From: Amphiscolops sp. MND2022
Taxonomy: Eukaryota
NCBI GenBank assembly: GCA_964187785.1
Contig: OZ076409.1
Coordinates: forward strand, 52,268,001 to 52,332,000
Length of the DNA stretch: 64,000 bases
Reading direction: 5' to 3'
Shown: positions 14,051 to 51,682 of the stretch, in pieces
How positions within the stretch are numbered: the first letter of the stretch is position 1
Layout: each line of letters opens with the position of its first letter
Program-made: the position numbers and the translations under genes
Notes under the pieces: model-generated
Seen by the model: only the letters and a program-made list of their open reading frames with translations
Database searches by the model: none
Told to the model about the DNA's origin: nothing

Positions 14051-15241
14051 TTGTTGGGGAGCTTTGCTGATCAGCAGGGCTTTCGAATATTTTGTTGTTT
14101 CATCATTGTTATTATTTCTTATTTTCGTTGAGGCGTAGTGACAAATGCACCTTTGGGAGAGTAACTCCTCAGGTTATGACATTGTATTGGCACAACAACT
14201 TGAGCACAAACTGCATGGATTATTGGAGTTCAAGGTTCTTGGAAACGTGTCCCACATAAAAATTAATAGGTTCGACTTGAGATCAGTATTTTCGAAATAA
14301 TCAATGCTTCTCTGTAGGAAAATATTCATCCTGAATGCTGTTTGGTACCAGAAGTTGTGTCCCTGAGCTTCGTAGCAAATTTTGCTTAGCTTGACGCATA
14401 TTTTATAGGCACACCAGTTCCTATTCGAAAAAATGCAGTTCGCCACAATCGAGAAATCAGCATAATAATTTCCAGACACGAAGTTTGACGTTCTCATGGC
14501 TTCTCGGTAATCATGCATTCCGGTGATCCAGGGTGGAACTTTTTTGTTGAATGTTTGAATGATTTGGTTTCAGCATTCAGATGCTAACAAAATAATTGGG
14601 CAAACTATAGCGTGGTACAAGTGAACGTGATTATTTGGCAAGTGATTCTTTTATTCAGATACTTCTTTCGCATTGCCCTCCAATTCGTGTTTTGTTATGT
14701 TTAGTCCATCTGAGGTGTTCCAAAGTCCGAGATCGCTTTCTCAACTCCGGTATTTTATTTCATCGTGTCGTAACTCCAGCTGTTCGTTAATTCTTCTGAA
14801 TTAGAACTTTATTACGGGTTAATTCTTGTAGTTGAACAGGAGGCCCTTTTGCGCACTGCAGAAATGAAAATTGTTGATATCTTTCTGTACGGAAGTCAGA
14901 TAATTTGTTGCAGTTTTACTGACCAATTCGTGATTCTCAGCGAATAGTAGTGCTATTGATGAGAGTTGTCGCATATATTATTCTGAAAAAAATTTGAAAA
15001 TGATTGCACAAAGAGGTGAAAAGATTCATCAAATTCGTTTGCAAACTAAAAACTGTGCGAAGTGAAACGTTTTCAAGTGAATTACTTTCAAAGAATTGAC
15101 TTTTTGTTTCTTGAATATTTTGGTTGAAAGCAAGTTTTTGAGTTCATGAAAGTTCAAAGTGGCAACGATTGTGAAGGTTTTTTTGCTTTGCTGACTTTTC
15201 CCATCCATATCATCATTGCCCTTGTTTTGCATTGCTCCGTT

Positions 15242-17920
15242 GTTGTGCGGAACAGAAACGACAATGTGTTTTGCATGTATACATTATACTTGCTAGCCGA
15301 GGAGCCTGCAGTTGCATAATTCCAAATTGCATAATCCTCTGTCTCTTGTGCATATTGACTGGTACATGAATTCTAAATAATGAGCTTCATTTTGAAAAAA
15401 AAATCACTCATGATGAGAGCTGTGAATTGTCTGCAACTTCAAAAACAACGGAAGGCAAAAATCTTCACGTCTCTTCAACAGAAATTCATTGTCTTTTTTC
15501 CTGGTAGTGGCCAGTAGCCTTTCTAGAACCGACGACAAGTCTCGCAAGCTACAAGCAAACCAATCTCTCATTCAACAGACAGGCATCGGCGAGACTATTT
15601 GGTCTACCGACACGGATATGGCTGAAGCAGAAGCAAACGACGTGAAGGACGATTTCGCAAACATGTGCATGTGAGGGCAGGAAACAAAGCAGCCTTCACA
15701 AAGTATGAGAGCAGAATAGACGACCTCGTGGTAGACCAGGCAGTTACTAGTGAGGCTGTGTGGATAAGAGGCGCTATTATCTACATTGCACAACCTCAGA
15801 TGGGACGCAGATATCGAGCTGTAATTGGAGGACGCTGCCAAGTTGTCCAATGGACAGGAAGTATCTTCAATCTTCGAGACTAGAATGAACCTTGCCATGG
15901 CTGCACTTAGTGCTCTAAATGACAACATCAAGACCCAGTTGAATACGGGATTTACGGCAACCGCATCAGCCTCGGCTTGTCCATCGACTAGAGGATGCAT
16001 GCGTCTACCAAAGCTCAAATTGCCAACATTCACGGGAGCCTCTACCGGATGGGTATCCTTCAGTGACCTCCTCAAAGCAGCATTGGGTTCAGGTAGTATT
16101 TATCGGAATCGGAGAGACTGAAAGGCCTGCATAAAGATCGATGCAGCTAAAACAATCAGCTCGCTTAGAATCACAGATGCCAAACCCCCCATTTTAAGTG
16201 ACAGCTACCGAAGGACAAAAACGACAACACACGAAGCATTGTGCTTGCTCATTCAGGAGAGCAATGGTCGCAGTCGTCCGTAAAGAGAGAATCTGGTCCT
16301 GGCTTATGAAACTTCACGAAACCACCAATGAGCACCTGAGGGTAATCGAAGCTTTGGGCCAACCAGTGAAACAATGGAGTCCTGTTTTGGTTATCTGCAT
16401 CCATGAAAAGCTCGATGAAGTGTCATGAAAGCAATCGCTGCTCAAGCATCCAGGCAAAATGTCTTTCTCTGGGATGATTTAAGTTCCTTCATTAAAGAAG
16501 CAGGGCATAGGAGAGCGAAGCAAAGGTAAGGTAGTGGTGTATGTCAAGTGAAGTGTACATTGTATTGGCAACCCAGTCACCAAGGAACCTATGCATTATA
16601 AGGCATCATCTCACCCGACACTACACGTGGCACCAACCAAGTGATGGCGCAGATCAAATCGACGTTGTGGATACCTAACAACTGTAGTGTAGTGTTTTGA
16701 GACAAGAACTACCAAGCAGAGCACACCTCTAATGGGTGACCTCACTAAAGAACGCAATGACGTCCCGCCAAGAGCCTTCGCAGGACTTATTCTAAGCAAG
16801 CCAAACAAAAAGGCCAGAAGTCAAAACAAAGTATAATTTTGCATGTTTGTTTGTTTTGCCAGTCAAGCTGTACACGTGTAGTGTGTATCCGATATGACCA
16901 CTCTGGCGTGTATGGCAGCAATACGACGTTTTATATCTCGAAGATGTTGTCCCAGTCAAGAATTCTCTAACAACGGAACAAACTTTGATGGCGTAGCTTA
17001 CGAGATCCAGCACTTGGAAGAGGTTTTCTCCAACACTCCAACAAGCCTGACAACTCGCTCCAAGCCCAAACTAGTGCTCTCCGCATTCGTTTGGACTCCA
17101 TACCCGCAAGTACTACCAATTAGAATTTTTGACTAAAGCGGCAGTGAGCAGTGCAAGAGACACTTGCGCAGAACGATTGGCAACAGTGTCCTGGCATTTG
17201 TGGAGTTAACATCTCTTTTTTTGTCCGTTCGAGGCGATGCTAAACTCGTGCCCAATCAGTGTATTGTTCGATGATCCCATTGAAGTTGAAAAACTTACCC
17301 AGCACATCTTCAACTGGACACGGATTAGATGAAATATTTTCCTTTTTTCCTAGACAAGGCCACGTCATGGACAAATATAGTCCCTCGAAACGTTGGTATT
17401 ACATTCAGAACATTCTGTTGCCTTTCTCGAAAAGATGGACTAAAGAACACGTAACCACATTGCAAGAAAGATGCTAGCGGTCATTCGAGAGTGGATGACT
17501 TAGCTCTCATTACATACGACACTTCAGCATCTCTACAGTGACTGATTGGTCGCCTGTGTTACGTCTACAGAGCACCTTACAGCGCAGTAAGCGTGTAGTT
17601 GTTTATTTCCAAACTGCATAATCCTGTGTCGATCGATTTGTACGTGGAGTCTGGATATTGTGCTTCTTTGTCAAAAAACTCCCATGATGAGGGCTGCGAA
17701 TTGTCTTGAACTCCAAAAACATTCAAAAGCAATATAATCGTTCACTTTAATAGAGCTTTGAAATCTTTCGCTCAGTTTTCGTTCGAGTGAGCTCTTCAGC
17801 AAAAAATCATAGTCTTCATCTGATAGTAGTCAGGTGGTCCTTCATTCTAGAACTGTGGGAGAGACTACTTCGCAAGCTACAAGCAAAGCATTCTCGCATC
17901 CAACAGGCGGACATCGGAGC
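15242..17920 (+). mobile_element. BEL/Pao LTR retrotransposon remnant (gag and integrase pieces, diverged LTR-like repeats)
   Basis: LPKLKLPTFTG (Pao gag-like); PLMGDL..ER; AAIRRFISRR..FSNNGTNF (integrase); RWTKEHVTTLQER. Similar segments at ~15325-15590 and ~17615-17920; BEL-type PBS start tggtccttc at 17835. Confidence 0.8.
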
Positions 17921-19424
17921 GAACAAGAATACTACAAGCGGAAATTCATTGATATACATAGAAACAATGGATACATGTCATTTGAGAAGCGAAAAATCTC
18001 CACTGCTTTCAATGATAAGAATTTGTATCAATTCAGATATTAGTTGCTAGTGACATCTGGTATTGCACCACTTTGTTTTGATTGTCCGCAAAGTATGCCG
18101 GATACCATGTCTTAGAATCACGTCAAGCAAGATATGGAAATCGACAAGTAGGTGTAGGCACCAAAAGGGGCGCTGAAATGGCCTCACATGTTTTCCGTTG
18201 CTTGATAGAAAGCCCTCAGCCCAAAGAAAACATAATTTTGAAAAATGACTTTGAAAACGCTTTCAATTCGATAAACCGGCAATTCATGCTAGAGAAAGTT
18301 TTTGAAATACACCCTCAAGTTTTCAAGTATCCACACTCGGCGTACAGTTAACCAAGTTTTCTTTTTTACGGTGATTCAGTAATCAAATCTTGTGAAGGGA
18401 CCCAGCAAGGAGATCCTGAGTCTCCAGCTTCGTTTTCGGATTCCTTTCAGGATCTGATTGACAGTTTGGAGTCGATTATAAACTTATGGTACCTAGACGA
18501 TGGAAATTTAAGTGATGATTACCGAACCGTTTTGAAAGATCTCAAAAAAAATTGTTGAAACTGAAAATACGCTGGGACTCAAAATTAAACCCACGAAATG
18601 TGAATTTTTTTCCCTGGTGACATCACTGAAAAACGACGATCGACAATTTTAGCATCTTTCCAAAAACTTTGCCCCGTGATCAAAACAACAAAGAAATGAA
18701 CTTATCGTTCTTGGTTCACCGCTCGGCCCGAAATCACGAGCAGACTTATTGGAAAAGAAAATTAAAGAATTGGAAAAAATTAACGGGATTGTTGAAAAAC
18801 AAGATGCGCTTTATAGTTTTTTTTGTTGAAAAATTGCTTCAGTTTGCCAAAGTTGTTTTACTTCCTGAGAGCCAGTACATGTTTTAATCATCCAGCTCTC
18901 TTGGAGAAATATGACAAAATCGTGCGCGACGGGCTTTCCAAAGTGTGTAATGTGAACTTCGACGATATTTCGAGTACTCAGCTGGCTCTGCCTGCTGAGA
19001 TGGGTGGTCTTGGGGTTTCATCCGCATCATTTATAGCACTTCCCGCCTTTTTGGCCTCAGCTTTTGGTGCGAGTGATTTTCTCACGACGATTTTCTCGGA
19101 AACATTCGACGATGTTTCATTTACAAAAGCGCTTGAGAAATGGTTGAGTTTGACGAATGAATAGGAAAGTCCTCTCGATGGAACCCAGAAAAATTGGACA
19201 CAACCTGTTTTCGTAAAAACCGCCCAAGTTTTGAATTCTAGAATGGATGACAAATGTTCGAAAATTTTCAACGCTCATCAAGATAAATTCGGACCTCAAT
19301 GGCTGAACGTCGTTCCTTGCAAGAACCTAGGCCTGAAACTTGATGGTCATCAACTTCGAATTTCAATTGGTTTGCGTCTCGGTGCCAACATCTGTGTTGC
19401 GCATACGTGCCACTGTGGTAAAAA

Positions 19425-19984
19425 GGTAAATGGTCACTTGGCTTAATGCCATTTGGTTTAAAGTCATTTGGCCTAATACAATTGGACACTTGGCTTAATT
19501 TTTTTAAGCTAAGTGTCTCGGGCGGGTATTGGTCACTTGGCTTAAAGTCATTTGACTAAAACCACTTAGTTGAAAACACGTGGCAGATTTTGTCGAATTT
19601 ATCTTTATAACGTAATCAGCGTATTATTATAACATGTCATATCAAGTACTCCTCGGATATGTCCCCATTTCCTCTAGTGCCCTGCGGCCCCTTGGAGCCG
19701 CTTTTTTTCCCATCTTGCTAAGCGAGGTCGAACAGGAGCAAAGACCTAGCGGGAACGGAGATCGCGAAGCGATCGTAGTGGGAGCTGGTCTTTGCGACGG
19801 TGAGGGCGAGCGTGCATACATCGCAAATGCCCCACATTATAATATTTCCGGGAGTTGACATATTTATTCCTTGAGTTGGAATGGAGTTGGCTGAATTTTG
19901 TGGTCACTTGGCCTAAAATTTTTAAGCCAATTGACTCGACGAAAAAATTAAGCCAAATGGTATTAAGCCAAGTGACTGGTAACC
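19425..19984 (+). mobile_element. MITE family A (560 bp), imperfect ~23-bp TIR, 8-bp TSD
   Basis: ggtaaatggtcacttggcttaat ... attaagccaagtgactggtaacc; flanks ggtaaaaa/ggtaaaag; removing it restores CRE CGKRVER. Confidence 0.92.
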
Positions 19985-20150
19985 GGTAAAAGAGTTGAAC
20001 GTTACGGTTTACACGGTCTTTCTTGCACCAAGAGTGCCGGTCGCTTCTCACGTCATGCTACTCTCAATTCTCTCATAAAGCAGACGTTGCGATCTCTCGA
20101 TTTGCCTTCAATGCTCGAACCGCGTGGACTGTACCGAACAGATGGCAAAC

Positions 20151-21013
20151 GGAGTGTACGCCTTTGATCTAATTGCTTGGGTCTAATGGAATTAGATCTA
20201 ACTGTTAGGTCTAACTTTCAGATCTAATTTTATCTAAAATACTTAGGTCTAACCCCTTTATGATCTAGAATGTGTTCTGAAATCGAAAATGAAATGTGGG
20301 GCATATGCGATGTATGCACGCTCGCCCTCACCGTCGCAAAGACCAGCCCCACTACGATCGCTTCGCGATCTTCGTTCCCGCTAGGTCTTTGGTCCTGTTC
20401 GGGTGGCTTGGTCCTGTTCGGGTGGCTGTAAATAGGTCGAATTTTTCTTGTCGAAAGGACAGAGGTCGAACCTTTTGATCGAATTGCAGGGATCGAATGG
20501 AAGGCGGTGGAATTTTATCGTATTTGTTGTATGGCTCGGTCGCTTCGCTCGCTTCGCCAAGTAGCAACATTGAGGCATGGCCATATGGCATGTCGTTCGC
20601 TTCGCTCCTGCATTCAGGGCACTAGGGGTATGTGAACATATCTGACTATGTTATAAAAATTTCGATCCGAGTTGTTTCGATCCCATTCAAAAATTTGGTA
20701 TGTCGACCTGAGGACTAACTCTGATTTTCGACCTACTTCCGCCCACCCGTCCTGTTCGACCTCGCTTAGCAAGATGGGAATATAAGCGGCTCCAAGCGGC
20801 CGCGGGTCACTAGAGGAAATGGGGACATTTCCGAGGCACGTTTCATACTTTATATCACTTTCTAGTTTTGGATCCTAATTGACTTGAATTTTTTTCTCAA
20901 ATTAGATCAAATTAGAAAAGATTTTCAGACCTGATTATTCAGATCATTTTATTTAGATCTCAGTTTTGATTCCTCTCTTATATCTATTTCATTAGACCTG
21001 ATTCCACGTAGCC
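20151..21013. mobile_element. MITE family B (863 bp including nested family C), GG...CC ends, 9-bp TSD, Mutator-like
   Basis: Perfect TSD atggcaaac at 20142-20150 and 21014-21022; subterminal (TTA)GATCTAA/GGTCTAA repeats at both ends. Confidence 0.85.
20420..20748. mobile_element. MITE family C (329 bp) nested in family B, 9-bp TSD
   Basis: gggtggctgtaaataggtcgaa ... ttcgacctacttccgcccaccc; TSD gtcctgttc at 20411-20419 and 20749-20757. Confidence 0.85.
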
Positions 21014-21022
21014 ATGGCAAAC

Positions 21023-21576
21023 GGTAAATGGTCACTTGGCTTAATGCCTTTTGGCTTAAATTCATTTGGCTTATTACAATTGGTCACCTGGCTTAATTTT
21101 TTTAAGCTAAGTGTCTCGGGTATTGGTCACTTGGCTTAAAATCATTTGACTTAAAACCCGTTTAGTTGAAAACACCTGGCAGATTTTGTCGAATTTACCT
21201 TTATAACGTAGTCAGCCTTTTATAACATGTCATATCAAGTACTCCTCGGATATGTCGTCATTTCCTCTAGTGCCCTGCGGCCCCTTGGGGCCGCTTATTT
21301 TCCCATCTTGCTAAGCGAGGTCGGAGAGGAGCAAAGACCTAGCGGGAACGGAGATCGCGAAGCGATCGTAGTGGGAACTGGTCTTTGCGACGGTGAGGGG
21401 AGCGTGCATACATCGCATATGCCCCACATTATAATATTTCCGGGAGTTGACATATTTATTCCTTGAGTTGGAATGGAGTTGGCCTAATTTTGTGGTCACT
21501 TGGCCTAAAGTTTTTAAGCCAAATGACTCGACGAAAAAATTAAGCCAAATGGTATTAAGCCAAGTGACTGGTAACC
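21023..21576 (+). mobile_element. MITE family A, second copy, 8-bp TSD
   Basis: Highly similar to 19425-19984; flanks tggcaaac/tggcaaat; removing it restores DGKRPDG. Confidence 0.92.
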
Positions 21577-22455
21577 TGGCAAATGCCCAGACGGTGTTAC
21601 CATGATTCCTTGGGAAATGGGTTAACAGCGGGTGTGGGATGTCACGGTTGTGGATGCTCTTGCACCCAGTCGCCTGAATCAAGGCTCTTTTTGCAACTCG
21701 GGAACCACCGCCACCGAGGCTGAAGCGCGTAAAATTGAGAAGTATCGCGAAGTAATAGACAATGGATACATTTTTCAGCCGGTGGCCTTGGAAGTACAGT
21801 GTTCTTTAGGCGAGAGCAATGAAATTTTCATCACGCGTCTCTGTAAAATGCTCTCGTAAGCACGACGATCAACGAGCTGGCAGCTTTTTGAAGCAACGGA
21901 TTTCAATGGCTCTTCAGATCGGCAATGCGGCCTGTGTTCTAGGAACTGTGAGCGACAGAGATGCTTTCGAAGAAATTCATTACATATAGCCTAATTTTTT
22001 TACCTTTATATCATAGCAGCTCCAAAAAAATTTCTACCGGTCGACTGCATAATGGCTGGTTTGAGTAGTCTGTTCGTTGTTTTTTTTTGTTTTTGGTCTA
22101 CTGGTATAGTGGCTGGTATGGGGTCCCCTACTTTCGCTGCAGACCACGGGTGTGTGTCTTCTCCCCCCAACATGGCAAAGATGATACACATGGCAAAGAA
22201 GTAAAAAAAGCAAAAAGGAGAATAGAAAGGTTAAAGAAAAAAAGAAGAAAAACTTTTTGATTTTCGACGAACATTGCAAATCTCGTTCTTTCAAATTAGC
22301 TTTTTCACAAATTACATTTATTTTTGTCAACACTATCAGCTCTGCTCATGCCCGGAGATGAACTGCTTTTCAGGTCAATTTGGGCTTACTTTCCATGTAT
22401 TTTGTCACAACATCTCTCCAGTGCTTCTGATTCTCCATAACCGATTTTCCCAACG

Positions 22456-46533
<24,078 letters not shown>

Positions 46534-48328
46534 TGAGCTTGTTGAGACTTGAGTTGAACGAACGAAGCGTAATAGTGGTCGACCTCGTGTTTTCAAACCC
46601 TATTACTATGCCCGTAACCACACATTCGAAAACACTGTAACAGTTCAACCATATGAAGGAAACATGTTTTTGAGTACTTGACACATTTTCAGTTCGAAAA
46701 TCCTTTTTATTATAATTTGATCTAAACTTCGATTCAACATATAGTTTTTGGTAGTATTTGGTCTTCGTGGTTCGACTGTTGCGCTTCGTTTCGTTCGTGA
46801 GTGGTACCGCTTCTCTTCATTCATATTTAACTTCTCTGCAAGATTCAGTCTATTTTTGTCAAAATCTCATTTCAGTCAATTAGGTCATTCGTCTCATTTG
46901 CGACATCATTACATGTCCTACCTCCCTCGTATGTCCGATTCGAGTCGTATCCAATTGAATCGAGTCGTCTCTGGTCTTCATATCTTGCATTTCATTTGAT
47001 AGAATTGTTGTAATAATGAAAATAAATTGTAAGTGGTGATGATGATGATAGTGAAATTGCATTTTGGCAGATGCTATTGCTGCCGTTGCATTACTGTTTT
47101 GCATTTTACTTTGATGACATATATTGTTATCAAAAGTCGCCTGAATCTCTAGAAGTTCCCCCATCTCCCAATATGACCCTATTTGCCCTGCCTATAAGCG
47201 CAGATGAATTCGCCCATAAAATGATCCAAAACTTCCTAAGCATTTTCGAGCTGTTTCGACATTTTCCCCACCTTTATCTACTTTTTTTTCAAAAATGTCT
47301 CCGCATTGAGATTTGTTGTATCCAGTTAACATTGGCTATTATTTGTAAATATCTTTGATGAAAAATTTGGTAATTGGATCATTTTGTCTCAGACCCAAAT
47401 GTGATACAAATTGTAATGAGTCGGCAAAGTGTGACTGGCCGAAGTGGTTGACCGACAGCCTAATTGGTTGACCGATATTCCACAGCAGTGTTTCTGTTGG
47501 TCAGTTTTATGATCCTATCAAATTAGAGATTTTCAGACAATAACAGCAGTGTGATGTTTTTAAAACGTATTAGTCATAGGTTCGATTTGGTTATTGGTCA
47601 ACCAATGATGTTCCGTTCAGCACTATGACTTCATCCGTAGGGTAACTATCTTCCATTTGAATTGACAGTTGAATGCTTCTGTTGAAAGATGACAACCGGG
47701 GCTTGACCTCTGATGTACATACAAGTTGAAACACTCAAGTAACACTAGCTTGCTTGCTTCTCGAACGTATTCATTCTGTTGCCTTTGCTTTGAAAGAGTA
47801 ACCTTTCAATTATTATTCCCATTCATTCTTGATGCAAGTTTTACATGGGAACTAATTCCGAAAAATCATCTCTTCCATTTTGAACTTTGCAAATGAACTC
47901 GTTAGTTTACGCGTAAGCTGCATGTAGTTTTTTCGAGAAGTTTCAGTATTCGTGTTTTCCTGTGAAAGTCTCCTTAATACGTGTATAATAAATGGTGCCA
48001 TGTGCAGTGAAAGAATTTTGACGGTAGACTTGTCGGAGTGACGATTTCTTGAAACTATTGCGGATCAGTTTTTGATACTCAGTCATGGATAGCGTCAATG
48101 ACATCATTTGTAATTACGTTTTTATTGGCTGACGACATGCGATGATGATCGATGCTATTGTTTGAGTCATGTCGAAAGCAACTATCAGCTAATGAGATTA
48201 TCTACTGTCATGTACTAAGTCAGCTTGGTTCTGTCTACCTCCATGTACTAAAAATATGCATTGTGGGAATGGTATCTCGCCGAAAGTGAATTCTCGGCTA
48301 TAATTCATCATACCCGCCCTCCCATGCC

Positions 48329-49926
48329 CAGGGGTGTTCAAAAATTGATTTTGAAGAAAACAATCAATTATTTCAAAACAATCAATTAAATTGATATTGC
48401 AACCGTAACAATCAATTAATTGCAATTAATTGCAATTAATTGGTATAAACTAACATATCCCAGACACTAGTTTTTCGTCCCAAAATTTATTGTTTATTTT
48501 GAGAAAAAGTTGCTCTTCGATGTGAATGGGTAGTAGTCGTTGACGATGATCGTCGAACGCAAATGTTGCGCTACTGAAGAAACGTTCAATGATGTTCGAT
48601 GTTGGAAGTAGAAAGTTTGTGTTCATAAACTCTTCTTTCTTGGTGGAACCCAGTCTGCGCTTTTTAATGATATCCATTGCAAAATCTTCCTTGTCTGATT
48701 CCAAAGGTGCGTCTGTTGGTGTCTGCAACAACAGATTTGAAGAGACAGTTCTCTCTTCAATGGACAAATTTGAAAATTCCTTGTCTTGAATTTTCACCAC
48801 AGCGCGTTCAAAAGCAGAAGAGTGCACAATCTTAGCATCTGCAGCAATGTATCCGGACATGTCTGGATATTGTTCAATAACTGAATCTAGAGGCAAGATT
48901 AAATCTATGTGACGCGCACCCAATCAAGGGGAGATTGCACTTGGTCGATAGTGCCTTATTGACTGATACGTTATCACCAATTATTGCTATGACATTTTCA
49001 AAAGTCTTACCATATACACTGAGTACCCAACTAATGAATTCATAATGTTCATCCGCGCCAAACATTGGCGAGAAAGCAAGCATCACGATTTCGTAGCCTC
49101 CAACTTTCCCCAGGTCAGGATAGGTGGCAAATACTCCGACAAAATGCACAGACGCCTTTGTCCACCCGTCAATGACCAAAGCAATTTTCTCTGGTAAAAT
49201 ATGAGAAATCTTCTTCTCAACCTCCTTGGTAAGAATACCCATATATTTTCGCAAGGTATTTTCGGAAACACTCTCCAGCCTTATGTACTCCCGGATAGTT
49301 GTATCCTCCACAAAACTAAAGGGTCTCATTCCATCACAGATAATTCTTATCCAACCGTAAATATTCCTCCCTTTTCTTGAAGTCTCATCCACGGCAAATG
49401 CGTTAATAACACTTGGTGTATTGTTTACGGCGTTTGCAGATTCTTCTGGATGTTGTCGCTTTACATGATTAAGCAAATTACTCCATCCAGTGTTTTTCTT
49501 TTGCACGAGAACTTTTCCACATTTACATTTCCATGTACCAGCACTAATGTCGATCTGCTTGAAATATTTCGAGCACGTATCTTTTGGTAAAACTGGCATG
49601 GTTAAATTGTCATGCATGAAAAATAACCTGAAAGTAAAGTGAAAGTGACTATAATAAAGTAAACACAGCTGTGACGTATTATTTGCTCAGAAGTAGGCGG
49701 CAGCGTCACTACTCACTACATGTACTCACTCACTGCGTACTGTACACCACTGCCCTGGAAACAAATTAATGCCGTGGCAAACAAAACAAAATGGAGGCAA
49801 AATATAATTGCAATTAAATGGTCCAAAACAATCAATTAGTTGGTATTGCAATGTACGAAAAATCAATTAATTTAATTGCAATTAATTGCAATTAATTTAA
49901 TTGCAATGTAATTTTGAACACCCCTG
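48329..49926 (-). mobile_element. hAT DNA transposon with an internally deleted transposase
   Basis: Perfect 15-bp TIR caggggtgttcaaaa; 8-bp TSD cccatgcc; WKCKCG..NLLNH..QH, VIDGW, GDN, GCASHRFNL, PTSNIIERFFS, LFLKIN. Confidence 0.96.
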
Positions 49927-50844
49927 CCCATGCCTCTTGCAAACAGACTACTTCAAGGCAGGGAATGAAATAACGATGTTCATTTGGAGCAAACGGCAGT
50001 TTATTTGGTATGACGATGTTTAATGTAACCAACATTTATTTGTATTATGAAATTGATGAAAATATCAGATCAGATCTATTTCCAGAATTAACTTCTGCCG
50101 TTTATTCACATCGTTTTGAGCATGTTTAAACAACTGAACATTATGAGGGTGATTGGGGCGAATTGAACGGAAGCTGAAGAAGTTTCTTGAAGAGCCCAGA
50201 AAATTTTAACCAATTTTTTCCGCTAAAATTGGCTTAAAAAATGAGTTTTTTTAGCAATTTATTCTCTGAAACTTCGTGTCACAGCACTGCATAGGCCAAT
50301 GCGCGACCGCTCAGCTCAGCTCATCGTCTGTGAAGTTGATCGTTTTTTCATTACTATTGATTACGTTATCACCTGAAAGCAGCTTGACTAGTTCAACCAT
50401 TACTACAGTCCTGCGATAGAATGGAACCTGTTTGAGAAAAAAGGAACGTCTAATAATTTTGCGAGTTTCTCGGAAACTTAGTTTTAGCAAAAGCCAAAAG
50501 TTCATTGGGGTTTGTCTTGTTTACGAATGTTTGAAACATTCAACACCACAGAGGGTAAGTTTACTGTTGCACAAATATTTCATTGAATCCTTGGTTTCAG
50601 AGCCCTCATCAAAATCAGCGATTTGGTCATTAGGGTGAACTGAGGGGAATTGGACCATTCTGTTGCGAAATGTTCGTAAAATCCAAGTTTTGAAACAACT
50701 TTAATTTAAGGGAAGTTTTATTATGACGTGTATTAACTTTCAACGTTTTTTTTAGAAATTTTCAACACTCGAATTTTTGTGCATTTCGAATAGGGCAACT
50801 GGATGGGGTGAAACGGATTTGTCACTTTGGGGCTTTAAGTAGAA

Positions 50845-51682
50845 GTGACCGGACAAGTCCGGTCCGGTATCCGGTTGGATTTCAGGAAAATGTCCTGTCC
50901 GTTTCCGGCCGGATATCTTAAAATAATAATCGTAATCGGAATATCTAACTTAGAAAAAGTGTATGTGCATCGAAGAATTGAATTTGTGACTGTGAATCAA
51001 AAGTCATTAAAGTATGGCGGAGGGAAAATAGTTTTTCACCGCTCTGTGGTAATAGACTGCTTCGTTTTAGCTTTCAGTAGAATGAAAGTTCAAAACTTTT
51101 TTGAGATCTTTTTTTTGAATTTTTTAAAAATCAGATTCAAAAATTTCAGACCGTTTTTGCGACTGAGCTGTATCACTAAGCGCGTGGTTGTCAAGACCAC
51201 TTCCGCAAGACCACTTGTTGTAAAAGAGTCAGTTGCGTTTTCATAACAGGTAGCTAATTCAAATACTTGATCCAGACAAGGATTTCCAACGAGATGAAGG
51301 CAACAATGCTCAAAAGCGTTAATCATGGTGATACGACAACTTTGTGTTACTTTTTCTCATGTAGATTTGAAGATTTTGTGGAAATCCTACTTTGTTTAGA
51401 TCACTTTTTCGCTTTGCATCACATAATCGGTAACACCCTCTGACCAAGATCTTCTCAGTTAGTTGGCCATTGAAATGGGTAGCTAGAGGCTGGAGTCTAT
51501 GCGATGAGTGTGGCGGAATGCATATCAGCTCAATACCGCTAGTTATACAAAGTTCGAGAGCCTCCAAAGACAGATGTGAACCGTGCCCGTCGACAATCAG
51601 CGCCAACTCTTCACGATCGGAATTTTTAACACATGTTCAGCGAAGTGCTTAAGGAAACGTACAAAGATCTCACTATCAACAT
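50845..51682 (-). mobile_element. pogo/Tigger-like DDE transposase fragment
   Basis: LIVDGHGSH and IPPHSSHRLQPL motifs; CCGG-rich terminal-like repeats at ~50848-50914; cut off by the adjacent LTR. Confidence 0.75.

Larger units (their letters stand above)
18040..22001 (+). mobile_element. CRE-like non-LTR retrotransposon (RT plus restriction-like endonuclease), 5'-truncated, frameshifted, carrying MITE insertions
   Basis: DFENAFNS, GTQQGDP, WYLDDG, GGLGV, LRLG, CHCGK, DGKRPDG, WDVTVVD, AEARKIEKY, ISMALQIGNA; stop at 21987-21989. Confidence 0.88.

Noticed and set aside
14174..14870. Possible decayed RT on the minus strand
   Set aside because: No clear diagnostic motif.
19668..19690. CTCF-like site in the MITE core (gcactagagg)
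   Set aside because: Only a partial match; it lacks the GGC end of the consensus.
22070..22255. tRNA/SINE-like segment (tggtatagtgg A-box-like) with an A-rich tail
   Set aside because: No B-box or cloverleaf could be found.
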